From positions 192,001 through 256,000 of the forward strand of contig CAXXMR010000012.1 in assembly GCA_963663805.2 (NCBI GenBank): DNA of 64,000 nt, written 5' to 3'. Source of the stretch: Sedimentisphaerales bacterium (GTDB lineage: Bacteria; Planctomycetota; Phycisphaerae; Sedimentisphaerales; SM23-30). Each line of letters begins with the position of its first letter. The first letter of the stretch is position 1. Both the position numbers and the translations under genes were made by a program. A model generated the notes under the pieces. The model ran no database searches, was not told where the DNA came from, and worked only from the letters and a program-made list of their open reading frames with translations. Below, piece after piece: positions 1-9,652 of the stretch.

Positions 1-335
1 TGCCTTCGATGCGGCATTTGCCGGGTTTCGATTCGGATATTTTTCAGCGTCAGCTGACGGTTGTGGATATGAAATCAGACCCGTCGCTGCACGCGTTGAC
101 CTGGGATCGTGCCCATACACCAAAATGCCTTGAACTGTTGACGGAATGCTTCGAAGCTGATACCTTTATTGTCGGTCATCAGCCGCAGCCGGATGGATGT
201 TCGGTGCAGCATGACCGGATGATAATATTGGCCAGTGACCATAACCACGGCTGCTATGTGCAGTTTGAACTGGGTCAGCCCTATTCCTGCTCGGAATTGC
301 ACGGGAAGGTAAAGCCTTTGGCGGGACTGGCTTAG
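1..335 (+). CDS. Calcineurin-like metallophosphoesterase, C-terminal part (5' end outside window)
   Basis: Frame is open to the window edge; 'LTWDR...FIVGHQP' resembles the last metallophosphoesterase motif (GH-T/Q). Confidence 0.5.
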   Translation, partial: PSMRHLPGFDSDIFQRQLTVVDMKSDPSLHALTWDRAHTPKCLELLTECFEADTFIVGHQPQPDGCSVQHDRMIILASDHNHGCYVQFELGQPYSCSELHGKVKPLAGLA

Positions 336-358
336 AGTATTTTAATAAGGATTTAACC

Positions 359-742
359 ATGAAGAGTCTTGTTTCTCAGTTGCTGATTTTGGTCCTTCTT
401 GTTTCGGTTTTGGTGTCCTGTGATCGCAAGGAACCCCAGGAAAATCTCGGCAGCTTTGACCCAGCCCTGGACGGAGTAGCGGTCAGACCGATGGTTGCTA
501 TGGATTTGGAACGGGCTGAACGCATTAAACGTGAAGGTGCTCTGATTGGCACGGAAGACATGCTGACCGAGGACGACCAGGCTGGCGCGGTTCCGGCGCC
601 GGTTGTATTACCGTCGGCTCCTCCGATGGGCGGCGCTGCCACAACCCCGGCAGCTCCTCCGAGCGGTGGTTTCACAATGCCCGCACCTGCGGCAGCGCCG
701 GCGCCTGCCTGGGGCAACAACAACGACCCGAACGCTTTCTAA
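359..742 (+). CDS. Hypothetical lipoprotein with Pro/Ala-rich tail
   Basis: RBS AAGGA; signal peptide with lipobox-like LVSC; low-complexity PAA tail. Confidence 0.7.
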   Translation: MKSLVSQLLILVLLVSVLVSCDRKEPQENLGSFDPALDGVAVRPMVAMDLERAERIKREGALIGTEDMLTEDDQAGAVPAPVVLPSAPPMGGAATTPAAPPSGGFTMPAPAAAPAPAWGNNNDPNAF

Positions 743-753
743 GTCCACCTCGA

Positions 754-2716
754 TTAACGCACGAAGACCTGCCCGCTGTCAGCTACCAGAGTTTGGCCGG
801 TAATCACCCGTGCCTGCTCAGAACAGAGATAAACGACCGCGTCGGCGATATCCTGTCCCTTGATTTCGCGCCGGAGATATGTCTTATCGACATAGAAGGG
901 GATAACTTCTTCCGGCCGAATACCATATTTCTTGGCACATACCTTAATATATTCCGGGTTCCAAATTTTCGAACCCTCGAAAACATTGCCCGGACAGACA
1001 TTGTTCACGCGGATACCGTGCGGCCCCAGTTCCATTGCCCAGCCGCGGGCCATGTGAAGCTCGCCGGCCTTGGTGGCATTATAAGGTGTGTTGTTTTTGC
1101 TGGCGTCCAGACCCGACTTGCTGGAGATGTTGACAATGCTGCCGCCCATCTGTTGAGCAATCATTATCCGCGTGGCCGCTTGAGCCATCAGGAAATAGCC
1201 GGTAAGGTTGACCTCCAGAGCGAAACGCCAAGCCTTAACCGGCAAATCCACCAGAGAATAAGCGGGGGCAACCCCAGCGGCATTTACCAGAATATCCAGC
1301 CCGCCCCAGGTGTTGACCAGCTCATTAAAGGCTTCGGCTACACTTTCTTCACTGGTGACATTGCAGGCGACAACTTTTGTTAGAGCGTTGGGCATTTCCG
1401 CAACGATCATTTTCCCGGTTTCTTCGGCGGCTTTGGTGTCAATGTCCGCCAGCGCTACCAATGCTCCCGCCCGTGCCATGCCGATGGCGATACTGCGTCC
1501 GATGCCGCTGCCGCTGCCGGTGACTATGGCGATACGGTCCTTGACAGCGCCTGCACTGGAACGACCTGCCAGTTGACGACGAAAACTTTCAGCCTCCCAC
1601 TGATTAATAAAATCTTCCTGCTTGCGAGTCAGACAGTTAAGCCCGCCAAACACCGCCGCCCACATGCGAATCATAAGTGAACCGGTCGCAATTTCATCAA
1701 CCGTCGCAAGACGTTTGGCATCGCATGCGGCAAACAGTCCGACGTTCTTGACGAAAAAAGTTCCCGCCGGCTTCTGCCCCCGTTCAAGCTGCTTTTTAAG
1801 TTGTGCGGTTATTTTATCTACATCGCACTTTTCCACCCACAAAGCCGGCCCGTCAACATAGGCCAGTTCGTCAGGCGCCAAAGCACCGGCACTCAGAAGC
1901 TGTTTGCCGTCTTTGCGATTAAGAAATGCGGTAACCATGTCATTTTCAATTTGCCAGATGGGCATGTACGCACCGGTTGCCTGAAAATATGCTTTACGAA
2001 TCGCCAGACGACTTTGGGTGACGATTTCCGCGTCAACGACTTTTGCCCGCGGAATTTTTATTTCCTTTAATTTGCCGGCACAGGCATCGATTACGGTTTT
2101 GACCAGCCGCAGCGCCTTTGCGCGAGTGTCGGCAGTGACAAACACGCCGTGTTTTTCCAGAAACAGAATCGCCGGCTTACGGCCATGCTCATTTTCGTAG
2201 GCCCTTACCATACTATGCAGCTTGCGAGCCAGCGTATAGCCCGGATTAACATAGGGAACCCACAACGCCGGATATTTTTCATTTTTGAAAATCTTCTCGA
2301 AAAGCAACCGCCCGTTTTTAGCGTTTACATAAGCACTAACCATAAGCGGATGAAGATGGATTATATAGGTGTCCAGCATCGCGTGAAGCGGTGACTCGAT
2401 GGAAGGCCTGGCTCCGGCGGTCGTATCATCGTCGCAGGCGTCCAGCAGCATCTTCACGACCTTGCCTTCCTGAGCCTGCTCATCGAGTGCGGCAAGTTTT
2501 TTGTCTTGAATGACGGCGTTGACCTTTTCGAGTTTCACTCGCCGCCAGCCGCGCGATTCATCCATATCTTTCAATGCGGTACCGCTGGCCTTGATATACA
2601 TATAATCGCCGTCGGGAGTCTTGACCGAGGTGTTGCCCCCCCCCGCCCTGTACGAGCATAGGGTCTTTGCCGACCTTGCGTGAAATCTCAATTAAATCCG
2701 CCAGTGCCTTTTCCAT
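754..2716 (-). CDS. Bifunctional class II aldolase-like / short-chain dehydrogenase (RhaD-SDR or SrlD-like fusion); +1 frameshift in G9 run at 2636-2644
   Basis: ATG at 2716 with AAGGA RBS reads MEKALADLIEISRKVGKDPMLVQGGG, and removing one G restores LVQGGGGNTSVK. Aldolase motifs IKASG, RPSIE, HLHP, LEKHG; SDR motifs TGSGSGIG, NAAG, YNATK. Confidence 0.85.
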
Positions 2717-2761
2717 CTTATTTCCTTCTATACTTATAAACTTCCGATTTAATCTCTTGCA

Positions 2762-4420
2762 CTATCTGCCCAGCAGAACATTTTCGGCTTCTTTGTTCCA
2801 ACGACCGTCATTTAGTTTTTCCGCTACGTCCGGGCGAACTTCTTGAAGCTTGTCCAGAGTTGTCAGCCCTAACCCTTTGCAGGCGGGATAGCAAATAATC
2901 TTGCCGACTATCTGTTGTTTTTCAACCGCGCGAATGCCGTCGATCGCACCTTCCAGGCCACAGATCGCACCTGCCGAAAGATTTGTATCCAGCCGATGTG
3001 ATTGAACCTTCTCCAGCACAACCTTCATATCGTCCAGCGTCGAACCGCTCGTGCCGATAAAATACATGCCTCTTTCAATATAGGTGTCGAGGTCGATGTT
3101 GCCGCTGACCGAAGCGGGAATACCCGCGAAGATGTTAATTCGCGCGTTTTGACCACTACGCTTGACCGCCGCCGCCACAAGCTGCGGGATGGGTGCCATG
3201 ACAGCGATATAATCAAACATTTCGTCGATAGTTTCCTTTTTCGGATTATAGGGGCGATAGGTCAGATTGTTTTTCGCGGCAAGTTCCGTGCAGATACTGC
3301 TCAGATTCGCAAGTCTGCCGTCGTCGAGGTCGCCGGCGAAAACAGTGACACCTTCAACACCCTGGCACAGATTGCGAATAACATGCATTACGCCCATAGG
3401 CCCGCCCGCTCCCACAACGTCGATTTTGTCGTTAGGCTGAATCTCACCGGTGGAGGGGATGGTCTTCATCGCGTCGGCAGGGTTGTCGCCCGCCGTACCA
3501 ATGATGCGTATACCACCGTAGTGAGTCCTGCCCACCATAGTCGCAACGTCCCGCCCAAATCTGCCGCCGCACTGAACAATATTCAGCAGACCGTGGATAG
3601 CAACCTTGGCGAAAAGTTTCTCGGCGGTTTCCGCCCGGCTGCCGAAGTAAATTATATCGTCACAGCTTTCATCCTTAACCTCATCCAGACTTTTAATTGA
3701 CGTGGTTTCAATCCCCGGATTCGCCGGTGCGTCCCCTCCGCCCAGCCAGAAAATCCTGCCCGGGTTACCATATTCAGCGAACAGTTTGCTCAGCACATCG
3801 TTCGCCGGAGATTTGTCCGCGACGATAAGCATCTGGCCGTTCGCTTTGATAGTTTGGCGTTCGACGACCACATAAGAATCCTCTACGCACGCCCACGGCT
3901 CTACCAGCGCGATGGCCGCTGCGGAAAAATCATCCGAGGCGGGAATGAGCATCGACTCTCCATTCGGTGCGATAATGACCCGTTCGTCCATGAGTACGTA
4001 TTCCTGAAGGGCACCTTCGAAATTATACCCGAACGAACCGTTGCTGTTATCGGTAGGAATCCAGCGATAGTCGGTCTGAACCAGATAGCGTTCGCCGACT
4101 TTCACATCCGTAACTTTATCACCGACCGCGGCAATCTGCACTACCGCCTCGTGACCCGGCACAGTGGGTTCAGCGTCGGGTACGTAACTGGGGATTTCTT
4201 TTAATATCTCAAGGTCGATACCGGAATTGATTTTCGTCTTGCGGGCGTGTTTGGAAAACTGCTTGAGCAGCTTCAGGTCACTAAAGCACAAACCCACCGC
4301 TTCGACATGCCCCAGAATTTGATATGGGCCGGGCTGAAATACCTCCTTGTTTAAATTAAGAGTGAGCTCATCCGGGCCGATAAGTTGTACCGCGGTTTGT
4401 TTTTGGGGGATGGTAGTCAT
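2762..4420 (-). CDS. Zn-dependent medium-chain dehydrogenase, L-sorbose-1-phosphate reductase-like, extended (552 aa)
   Basis: GLCFSDLK, PGHE, FGYNFEGALQEY, ALVEPWAC, GAGGPMG, GTSGS motifs. Confidence 0.75.
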   Translation of the reverse strand: MTTIPQKQTAVQLIGPDELTLNLNKEVFQPGPYQILGHVEAVGLCFSDLKLLKQFSKHARKTKINSGIDLEILKEIPSYVPDAEPTVPGHEAVVQIAAVGDKVTDVKVGERYLVQTDYRWIPTDNSNGSFGYNFEGALQEYVLMDERVIIAPNGESMLIPASDDFSAAAIALVEPWACVEDSYVVVERQTIKANGQMLIVADKSPANDVLSKLFAEYGNPGRIFWLGGGDAPANPGIETTSIKSLDEVKDESCDDIIYFGSRAETAEKLFAKVAIHGLLNIVQCGGRFGRDVATMVGRTHYGGIRIIGTAGDNPADAMKTIPSTGEIQPNDKIDVVGAGGPMGVMHVIRNLCQGVEGVTVFAGDLDDGRLANLSSICTELAAKNNLTYRPYNPKKETIDEMFDYIAVMAPIPQLVAAAVKRSGQNARINIFAGIPASVSGNIDLDTYIERGMYFIGTSGSTLDDMKVVLEKVQSHRLDTNLSAGAICGLEGAIDGIRAVEKQQIVGKIICYPACKGLGLTTLDKLQEVRPDVAEKLNDGRWNKEAENVLLGR

Positions 4421-4437
4421 TTAATTTCCTGTGAGTC

Positions 4438-5769
4438 TTAGGCTAGTTTTGCCAGAATATTTTTGGGCTCAGTATCGCTGTCGATACCCGCCAGAACACT
4501 TTCATTTTGGGGGTTAAGTTTCACGCCGACACTTTCATAAAAATCGTTACGCTGCTTGAGATCAGGCAGTCTTTCACTTGCCCACTTGCTGGTATAACCC
4601 AGCAAGCTTTGCTGTTGCAGAACCGAATGACCGTAAACAATATTAGCACCCCTGAGAAAAACCGGGACGTGAACAGCCAGTTCAGCCGCTTCAAAATTAT
4701 CGCGAAATTTCTGGCCCGGACTGTTCATTTCCGTGCCTACGATAATGGGCAAATTACGTTCCTGAGCGATAGCGATAACCTGATTAAGATTCTCAAGTTT
4801 TTTGTCTTTTACGCCCGGCGTAAAATTACGGTCCGGGATAATATTGATTGCCGCTGTCCCGCTGTTCATCGCTACGTCGAGCAGTTCTTCGATAACCTGT
4901 TCACCGTTGGATAAACCGTTCAGCCAGGCCAGAGTCGGTATTCCGCCCGCGGCGAGAATAAATTCATTCATTTCAGCCATTTGGGGAAACGACCCTTCGC
5001 CCGGCTGGACATAACCCACCCCGCCCTGTTTCATGGTCTTGGCACGAATCGCGTTAATCAGGTCGCCGCCTTCGGGCAAAGTAAGTTTAGTTGCGTCAGT
5101 CCCTAATTTCTCAGTCCAGAACTTCGCCAATTCCACGGTATCAGAAAAAACCTCCTGAGCTTTACGGGCATAGGCCAGACAAAGATGACGCTCGGTGGGA
5201 TTGCCCGCCGGAGTAAGCGGCATAATATCCTTCTCGTTATCCAGCCGCACCAGGTCAAGATAATCATTCACCCGTTCCATCAATGAGATATTACGCTGCT
5301 GAGCCATTTGCCGCAGGTCGGCAAGAAAAATCGCACCCGACCCCGACAATTTACTGCTCGGAAAACCAACTCCCATGTGATACGTAATCCCCGGTTCGCC
5401 CGGCGAGGACATTTCCCGCTCGGCAAACTCCGGGACATAGACTCGCGTTTCAATTCCCACGGCACCTTTAAGACCCAGCATTCGGGCCGCCGCGAGAAAT
5501 TCTTCCAGGCTGTCCAGCACATCAAAATCCACCGTACCCGCCGCCGCCAACCCTTCCTTGCGGGCCAGCCACGCGTATTTGCTCGGACTGTAGCCATAAG
5601 CGTTATAGGAATAAAACGTATGACCATGCAGATTGACGTATTGTGAAGGTTCCGGCAGGGTGATTTGGCCGCCGGCGACCAGAGAAACAAGTTCAGCCAA
5701 AGCACTCTGACGCTGGGCGGAATCGAAACTGTCGAGCTGTTGTTCCAGTTTTTCTATTTTATCAGTCAT
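4438..5769 (-). CDS. PHP-like metal-dependent TIM-barrel protein of unknown function
   Basis: VNLHGHTFYS, GTVDFD and GIE motifs; late GTEMNSP; lies in a sugar operon. Confidence 0.7.
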   Translation of the reverse strand: MTDKIEKLEQQLDSFDSAQRQSALAELVSLVAGGQITLPEPSQYVNLHGHTFYSYNAYGYSPSKYAWLARKEGLAAAGTVDFDVLDSLEEFLAAARMLGLKGAVGIETRVYVPEFAEREMSSPGEPGITYHMGVGFPSSKLSGSGAIFLADLRQMAQQRNISLMERVNDYLDLVRLDNEKDIMPLTPAGNPTERHLCLAYARKAQEVFSDTVELAKFWTEKLGTDATKLTLPEGGDLINAIRAKTMKQGGVGYVQPGEGSFPQMAEMNEFILAAGGIPTLAWLNGLSNGEQVIEELLDVAMNSGTAAINIIPDRNFTPGVKDKKLENLNQVIAIAQERNLPIIVGTEMNSPGQKFRDNFEAAELAVHVPVFLRGANIVYGHSVLQQQSLLGYTSKWASERLPDLKQRNDFYESVGVKLNPQNESVLAGIDSDTEPKNILAKLA

Positions 5770-5850
5770 TACCTATCCTGTTATAATTCCAGTATAACTA
5801 CTTCAGTGCGGTAGAAAACCCCCTTCTCAATATTTTTTACAAATGGAAGT

Positions 5851-7323
5851 TTATCCTAACTTCGCCTGTTCATAAGCGTGCTGCCATTCCCGCTGGTCTT
5901 GCGGTGTATATTCCCTCAAACAGTACGACCGCTCCACGAGTTTTCGGCCTTCAGCCAGCGAACCAATTTGCCCCGTGGCTATTGCCTGCATCAGCACATT
6001 ACCCGTTGCGGTCGCTTCTATCGGGCCGGCAATTACCTTTCGACCGGTAGCATTAGCTGTCAGTTGGCAGAGCAGTTCATTTTGAATACCACCACCGACC
6101 ACATGCAACACCTCAATTTTACGACCTGTCGCCTGCTCCAATTTTTCCAGGGCCCAGCGATAACGCAAGGCCAACCCTTCCAGCACCACCCGCACCAACT
6201 GTCCCTTATCCTCAAATACCGGCTGCCCGTTTTGTTTAAGGTACGTGTTTACCCGGTTGGGCATATCACCCGGCGCGAAAAAATCACCCGCGTTCGGGTC
6301 GATAAACGCCGCGAACGGTTGGGCTGCCTGAGCCATCTCGGTTATTGCGCCATAAGAAAGCTCTAACCCGTCACGCTGCCATTGACGACGACATTCCTGT
6401 ACAATCCACAACCCCATGATATTTTTCAGCAGGCGAATCGTACCGCAAACCCCACCCTCATTGGTAAATTGAAAATCATAGGTAGTATCGTTAATCGCCG
6501 GTGTAGGGCTTTCCACCCCGATAAGGCTCCACGTACCGCTGGACAGATAAGCCCAGTTTGATGACTTGTCGGCTGGAACCGCCGCCACCGCGTCAGCCGT
6601 ATCATGCGAACCCGCCGCAATAACCGGTATCTGTTCACAACCCAGCTCCGCGGCAATTTCCGCTGTCAGCTTGCCGACAATCGTACCCGCCGGAACAACA
6701 CGAGGCATAATTTCAACCGGCAAGCCCAGCTTGTCGAATATTTCCAACTCCCATTTGCCCGTTTGCATATTCAGCAGTTGCGACGTACTGGCCAGACTGT
6801 ATTCACAGAAAATCTCGCCGCAAAGGAAATACGAAACCAAATCCGCCATCATTACCAGATGTTTAGTTTTTGCCAGAGCTTCGTCACCGCTCAGCTTCAT
6901 CGAAAACAATTGATAAATAGTATTCAGCTGCATAAACTGGATACCGGTCAGGTCATAAATCCTCCGCCGGCCCATAATCTTAAAAGCCTCTTCCTCCATG
7001 CCGTCCGTGCGACCGTCACGATAATGATAAGGCATCTCCAGCAATTGACCGTCCGCCCCCAACAGCCCATAATCAACACCCCAGCTATTGACCGCGATAC
7101 CGGAAACCGGCCCGGCCTGTTTGACCGCCCGACCGATACCGTCTTTTATATTGCCGAACAGCTTAGCAAAATCCCAGCGCAGGGGCCCCTCAACCTCAAC
7201 CGGCCCGTTACCGAACCGATGAATTTCCTCCAACGTCAATTTCTCATCCGATACCGTCGAAAGCATTACCCGCCCGCTTTCGGCCCCAAGGTCTACAGCT
7301 ATATAAGTACGTGGACTGCCCAT
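5851..7323 (-). CDS. rhaB: Rhamnulokinase-family (FGGY) sugar kinase
   Basis: AVDLGAESGR, SWGVDY, YRDGRT, GSHDTA, YLSSGTWSL, FTNEGG, KNIMGLW, VGGG, GPIEATA. Confidence 0.85.
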   Translation of the reverse strand: MGSPRTYIAVDLGAESGRVMLSTVSDEKLTLEEIHRFGNGPVEVEGPLRWDFAKLFGNIKDGIGRAVKQAGPVSGIAVNSWGVDYGLLGADGQLLEMPYHYRDGRTDGMEEEAFKIMGRRRIYDLTGIQFMQLNTIYQLFSMKLSGDEALAKTKHLVMMADLVSYFLCGEIFCEYSLASTSQLLNMQTGKWELEIFDKLGLPVEIMPRVVPAGTIVGKLTAEIAAELGCEQIPVIAAGSHDTADAVAAVPADKSSNWAYLSSGTWSLIGVESPTPAINDTTYDFQFTNEGGVCGTIRLLKNIMGLWIVQECRRQWQRDGLELSYGAITEMAQAAQPFAAFIDPNAGDFFAPGDMPNRVNTYLKQNGQPVFEDKGQLVRVVLEGLALRYRWALEKLEQATGRKIEVLHVVGGGIQNELLCQLTANATGRKVIAGPIEATATGNVLMQAIATGQIGSLAEGRKLVERSYCLREYTPQDQREWQHAYEQAKLG

Positions 7324-7394
7324 GGTTACTCCTACTATGGTGTACTCCTACTTCATAGTTTGAAGTTCCCGCTCTATCGCGGAAATACACTATC

Positions 7395-7423
7395 AGTTTA
7401 ACCGAAGCGTTATGTCAGGTCAA
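7395..7423 (-). promoter_or_regulatory. sigma70-type promoter of the sugar operon
   Basis: TTGACC-N17-TAAACT on the minus strand, ~70 nt upstream of the kinase ATG. Confidence 0.5.
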
Positions 7424-7502
7424 TATACCTGTTGGTTTGTTTCTTGACTAAACGCCCAAGAAAGGTTATTTTTACTCGTAACTCATTTAAGGAGCAATAC
7501 CT

Positions 7503-8147
7503 ATGTTGTTCGTCTCCCGACAGAAAAAAGTCGAGTCTCTCGCTTCAGACTACTGCAAAGCTGTCCTTCAGGCCCTTCAGGTCTTTCATGACGGCCTCTT
7601 GAGCTATTCCCAGACCGGCGACCGGCAAAAGCTCGGCCAGGATCTCAATATGGTCCATCGCTTCGAGAGTTCCGCCGACGATATCCGAACCGAAATTGAG
7701 GTGATGATGTACAGCAAATCTATCTTCCCGGAATCACGCGGCGATATTCTGCTGCTGCTGGAAATGATTGACCGCGTACCCAACCAGGCTGAAACCGCCA
7801 TCCGCATGCTCTGGACCAATCATATAACCATTCCCGAATTCCTTCAGGATGGTATTATGAAATTGCTGGCACTAACCTTACGCAGCACCGAAGTACTTAT
7901 CGAAGCCGTCGAACAGCTTTTTTCCGATTTCGCCGGTACGATGGCCATCGTCGGCAAAATCGACGAAATCGAAAGCGAAGCCGACAACATTGAAGGTTCT
8001 CTTGTCGAGCGGGTTTTCTCCTCAGAACTTGACGGATTCCAGAAAATACTGCTCCGGGATTTTATCGGCAGTACCGGCGCCATACCCGACCGCGCCGAAA
8101 ATGCCGGGGACCGCATCCGTATTATTGTCGCCAAGAGGAGCGTATAA
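7503..8147 (+). CDS. DUF47/PhoU-like phosphate transport regulator
   Basis: Two helical repeats with ESSADDI/ESEADNI and DRAENAGD; directly upstream of PiT; AAGGAG RBS. Confidence 0.85.
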   Translation: MLFVSRQKKVESLASDYCKAVLQALQVFHDGLLSYSQTGDRQKLGQDLNMVHRFESSADDIRTEIEVMMYSKSIFPESRGDILLLLEMIDRVPNQAETAIRMLWTNHITIPEFLQDGIMKLLALTLRSTEVLIEAVEQLFSDFAGTMAIVGKIDEIESEADNIEGSLVERVFSSELDGFQKILLRDFIGSTGAIPDRAENAGDRIRIIVAKRSV

Positions 8148-8148
8148 G

Positions 8149-9111
8149 ATGATAAGTCTTATTGCTCTGGCACCGCTGGCAGGCGGCGTGTTTCTCGGCT
8201 GGACACTTGGTTCCAATGACGCCGCCAATGTTTTTGGTACTGCCGTGGCGGCGCGGGTACTCACCTACCGACGGGCTACGTTGATTTGCGCCCTGTTTGT
8301 CATTCTTGGGGCATCTCTCCAAGGGGCCGCCGGAATCCATACCCTTGGCGGGCTCAGCCAGCAAACGATGAGTACGCTGGTGATAACTTCACTTGCCGCC
8401 GCGATAACCGGGACGGCCATGACCGTAATACGCCTGCCCATCAGCATGTCGCAGGCGATTGTCGGGGCTATTGCCGGTATTGGCCTGGCTACCAACAGCA
8501 TGAACTGGCACAGCCTCGGCAATGTCGTCATCTGCTGGGTCGCCACCCCGCTGTGTACCATGATTATAGCGGCCGTTTTTTATTGGGTGCTGGGCTATCT
8601 CCTGACCCATATCCCCATGAGCATGTTGACCCGCGACAAAATCCTCTGGTCAGGCCTGATTGTCGTCGGCTCTTATGGCTCTTATGCCCTCGGGGCCAAC
8701 AATGTTGCCATTGCTACCGGTATTTTTTCCGGCCAGTTCGAGCGATTAAGCGATACTTATCTCGCCCTTATCGGGGGAATGGCCATTGCTTTCGGTGTGA
8801 TAAGCTACAGCAAAAGAGTTATGCTTTCGGTTGGTTCGGGAATTATACCGCTTGATGCGTTTACCGCCCTGGTGGCGGTCGCTTCGATGGCCTTGACGGT
8901 CCATGTCTTCGCTTTTTTAGGTGTTCCTGTTAGTACCAGCCAGGGCATCATTGGCAGTATCGTCGGCATCGGCCTGATTCGCCGCAGCAATGCTATCAAT
9001 CTGCGAAATTTACGTAATATCGCCTTTGGATGGCTTATGACCCCTCTGACAGCACTCATTCTTGCCGCCGCCGCTTACGCTATTTTCATCGATAGTGGTG
9101 TGATGAAATGA
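8149..9111 (+). CDS. Inorganic phosphate transporter, PiT family
   Basis: GSNDAANVFGT, GANNVA and PVSTSQ signatures; multiple TM segments; start reassigned to ATG 8149 after GAGGAG. Confidence 0.9.
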   Translation: MISLIALAPLAGGVFLGWTLGSNDAANVFGTAVAARVLTYRRATLICALFVILGASLQGAAGIHTLGGLSQQTMSTLVITSLAAAITGTAMTVIRLPISMSQAIVGAIAGIGLATNSMNWHSLGNVVICWVATPLCTMIIAAVFYWVLGYLLTHIPMSMLTRDKILWSGLIVVGSYGSYALGANNVAIATGIFSGQFERLSDTYLALIGGMAIAFGVISYSKRVMLSVGSGIIPLDAFTALVAVASMALTVHVFAFLGVPVSTSQGIIGSIVGIGLIRRSNAINLRNLRNIAFGWLMTPLTALILAAAAYAIFIDSGVMK

Positions 9112-9193
9112 GTTTTAACTAAACTTTTAATTGACCTGCTGTTCCGCAATTGCCTGGGCTAACTGTTCCTGAGAGGTAGATGGCGTAACCTGG

Positions 9194-9652
9194 TCAAAAA
9201 GCTGTACGCAGATATGATCGATACGCTTGTACTTTAAGTCGTTTACTTTTTCGCGTCCCCATTTCATCTCGCCATACCTGACGGCTCCAGTCGAGCGTTT
9301 TCGGACTCAGCAGACTTGTCGCCGGATGCCGCAGACGTGAACCTTCAGCCATTTCCCGCAGCAGTTTCTTATCTGTTTCACCCAGCTTCAATACGCCCAG
9401 CAAACCCTCAAAGAGCTCCTCCGGACCCTTGTCCTGCTGCTCCTGCCGATGAGCGTATTTCCACAGCTTCGCCGTCATAACCGCCAGCGTCACCGCCCCC
9501 AGTATCATAAACAATACCACGCCCCACTGTATTATATTGCCTTTGGTGCTGCCGGTGAACGCATTACGAAACGAGCTTAGAGTCTCGTCAAACTTGTCAT
9601 TTATTTCCGCCAGTACCAGCAGCGATTCAAACAGAAGCGATAAAATCTGCAT
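9194..9652 (-). CDS. Hypothetical single-pass membrane protein
   Basis: One hydrophobic helix (IIQWGVVLFMILGAVTLAVMTA); overlaps the HEAT gene end; GGTAAGGA RBS. Confidence 0.6.
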   Translation of the reverse strand: MQILSLLFESLLVLAEINDKFDETLSSFRNAFTGSTKGNIIQWGVVLFMILGAVTLAVMTAKLWKYAHRQEQQDKGPEELFEGLLGVLKLGETDKKLLREMAEGSRLRHPATSLLSPKTLDWSRQVWRDEMGTRKSKRLKVQAYRSYLRTAF

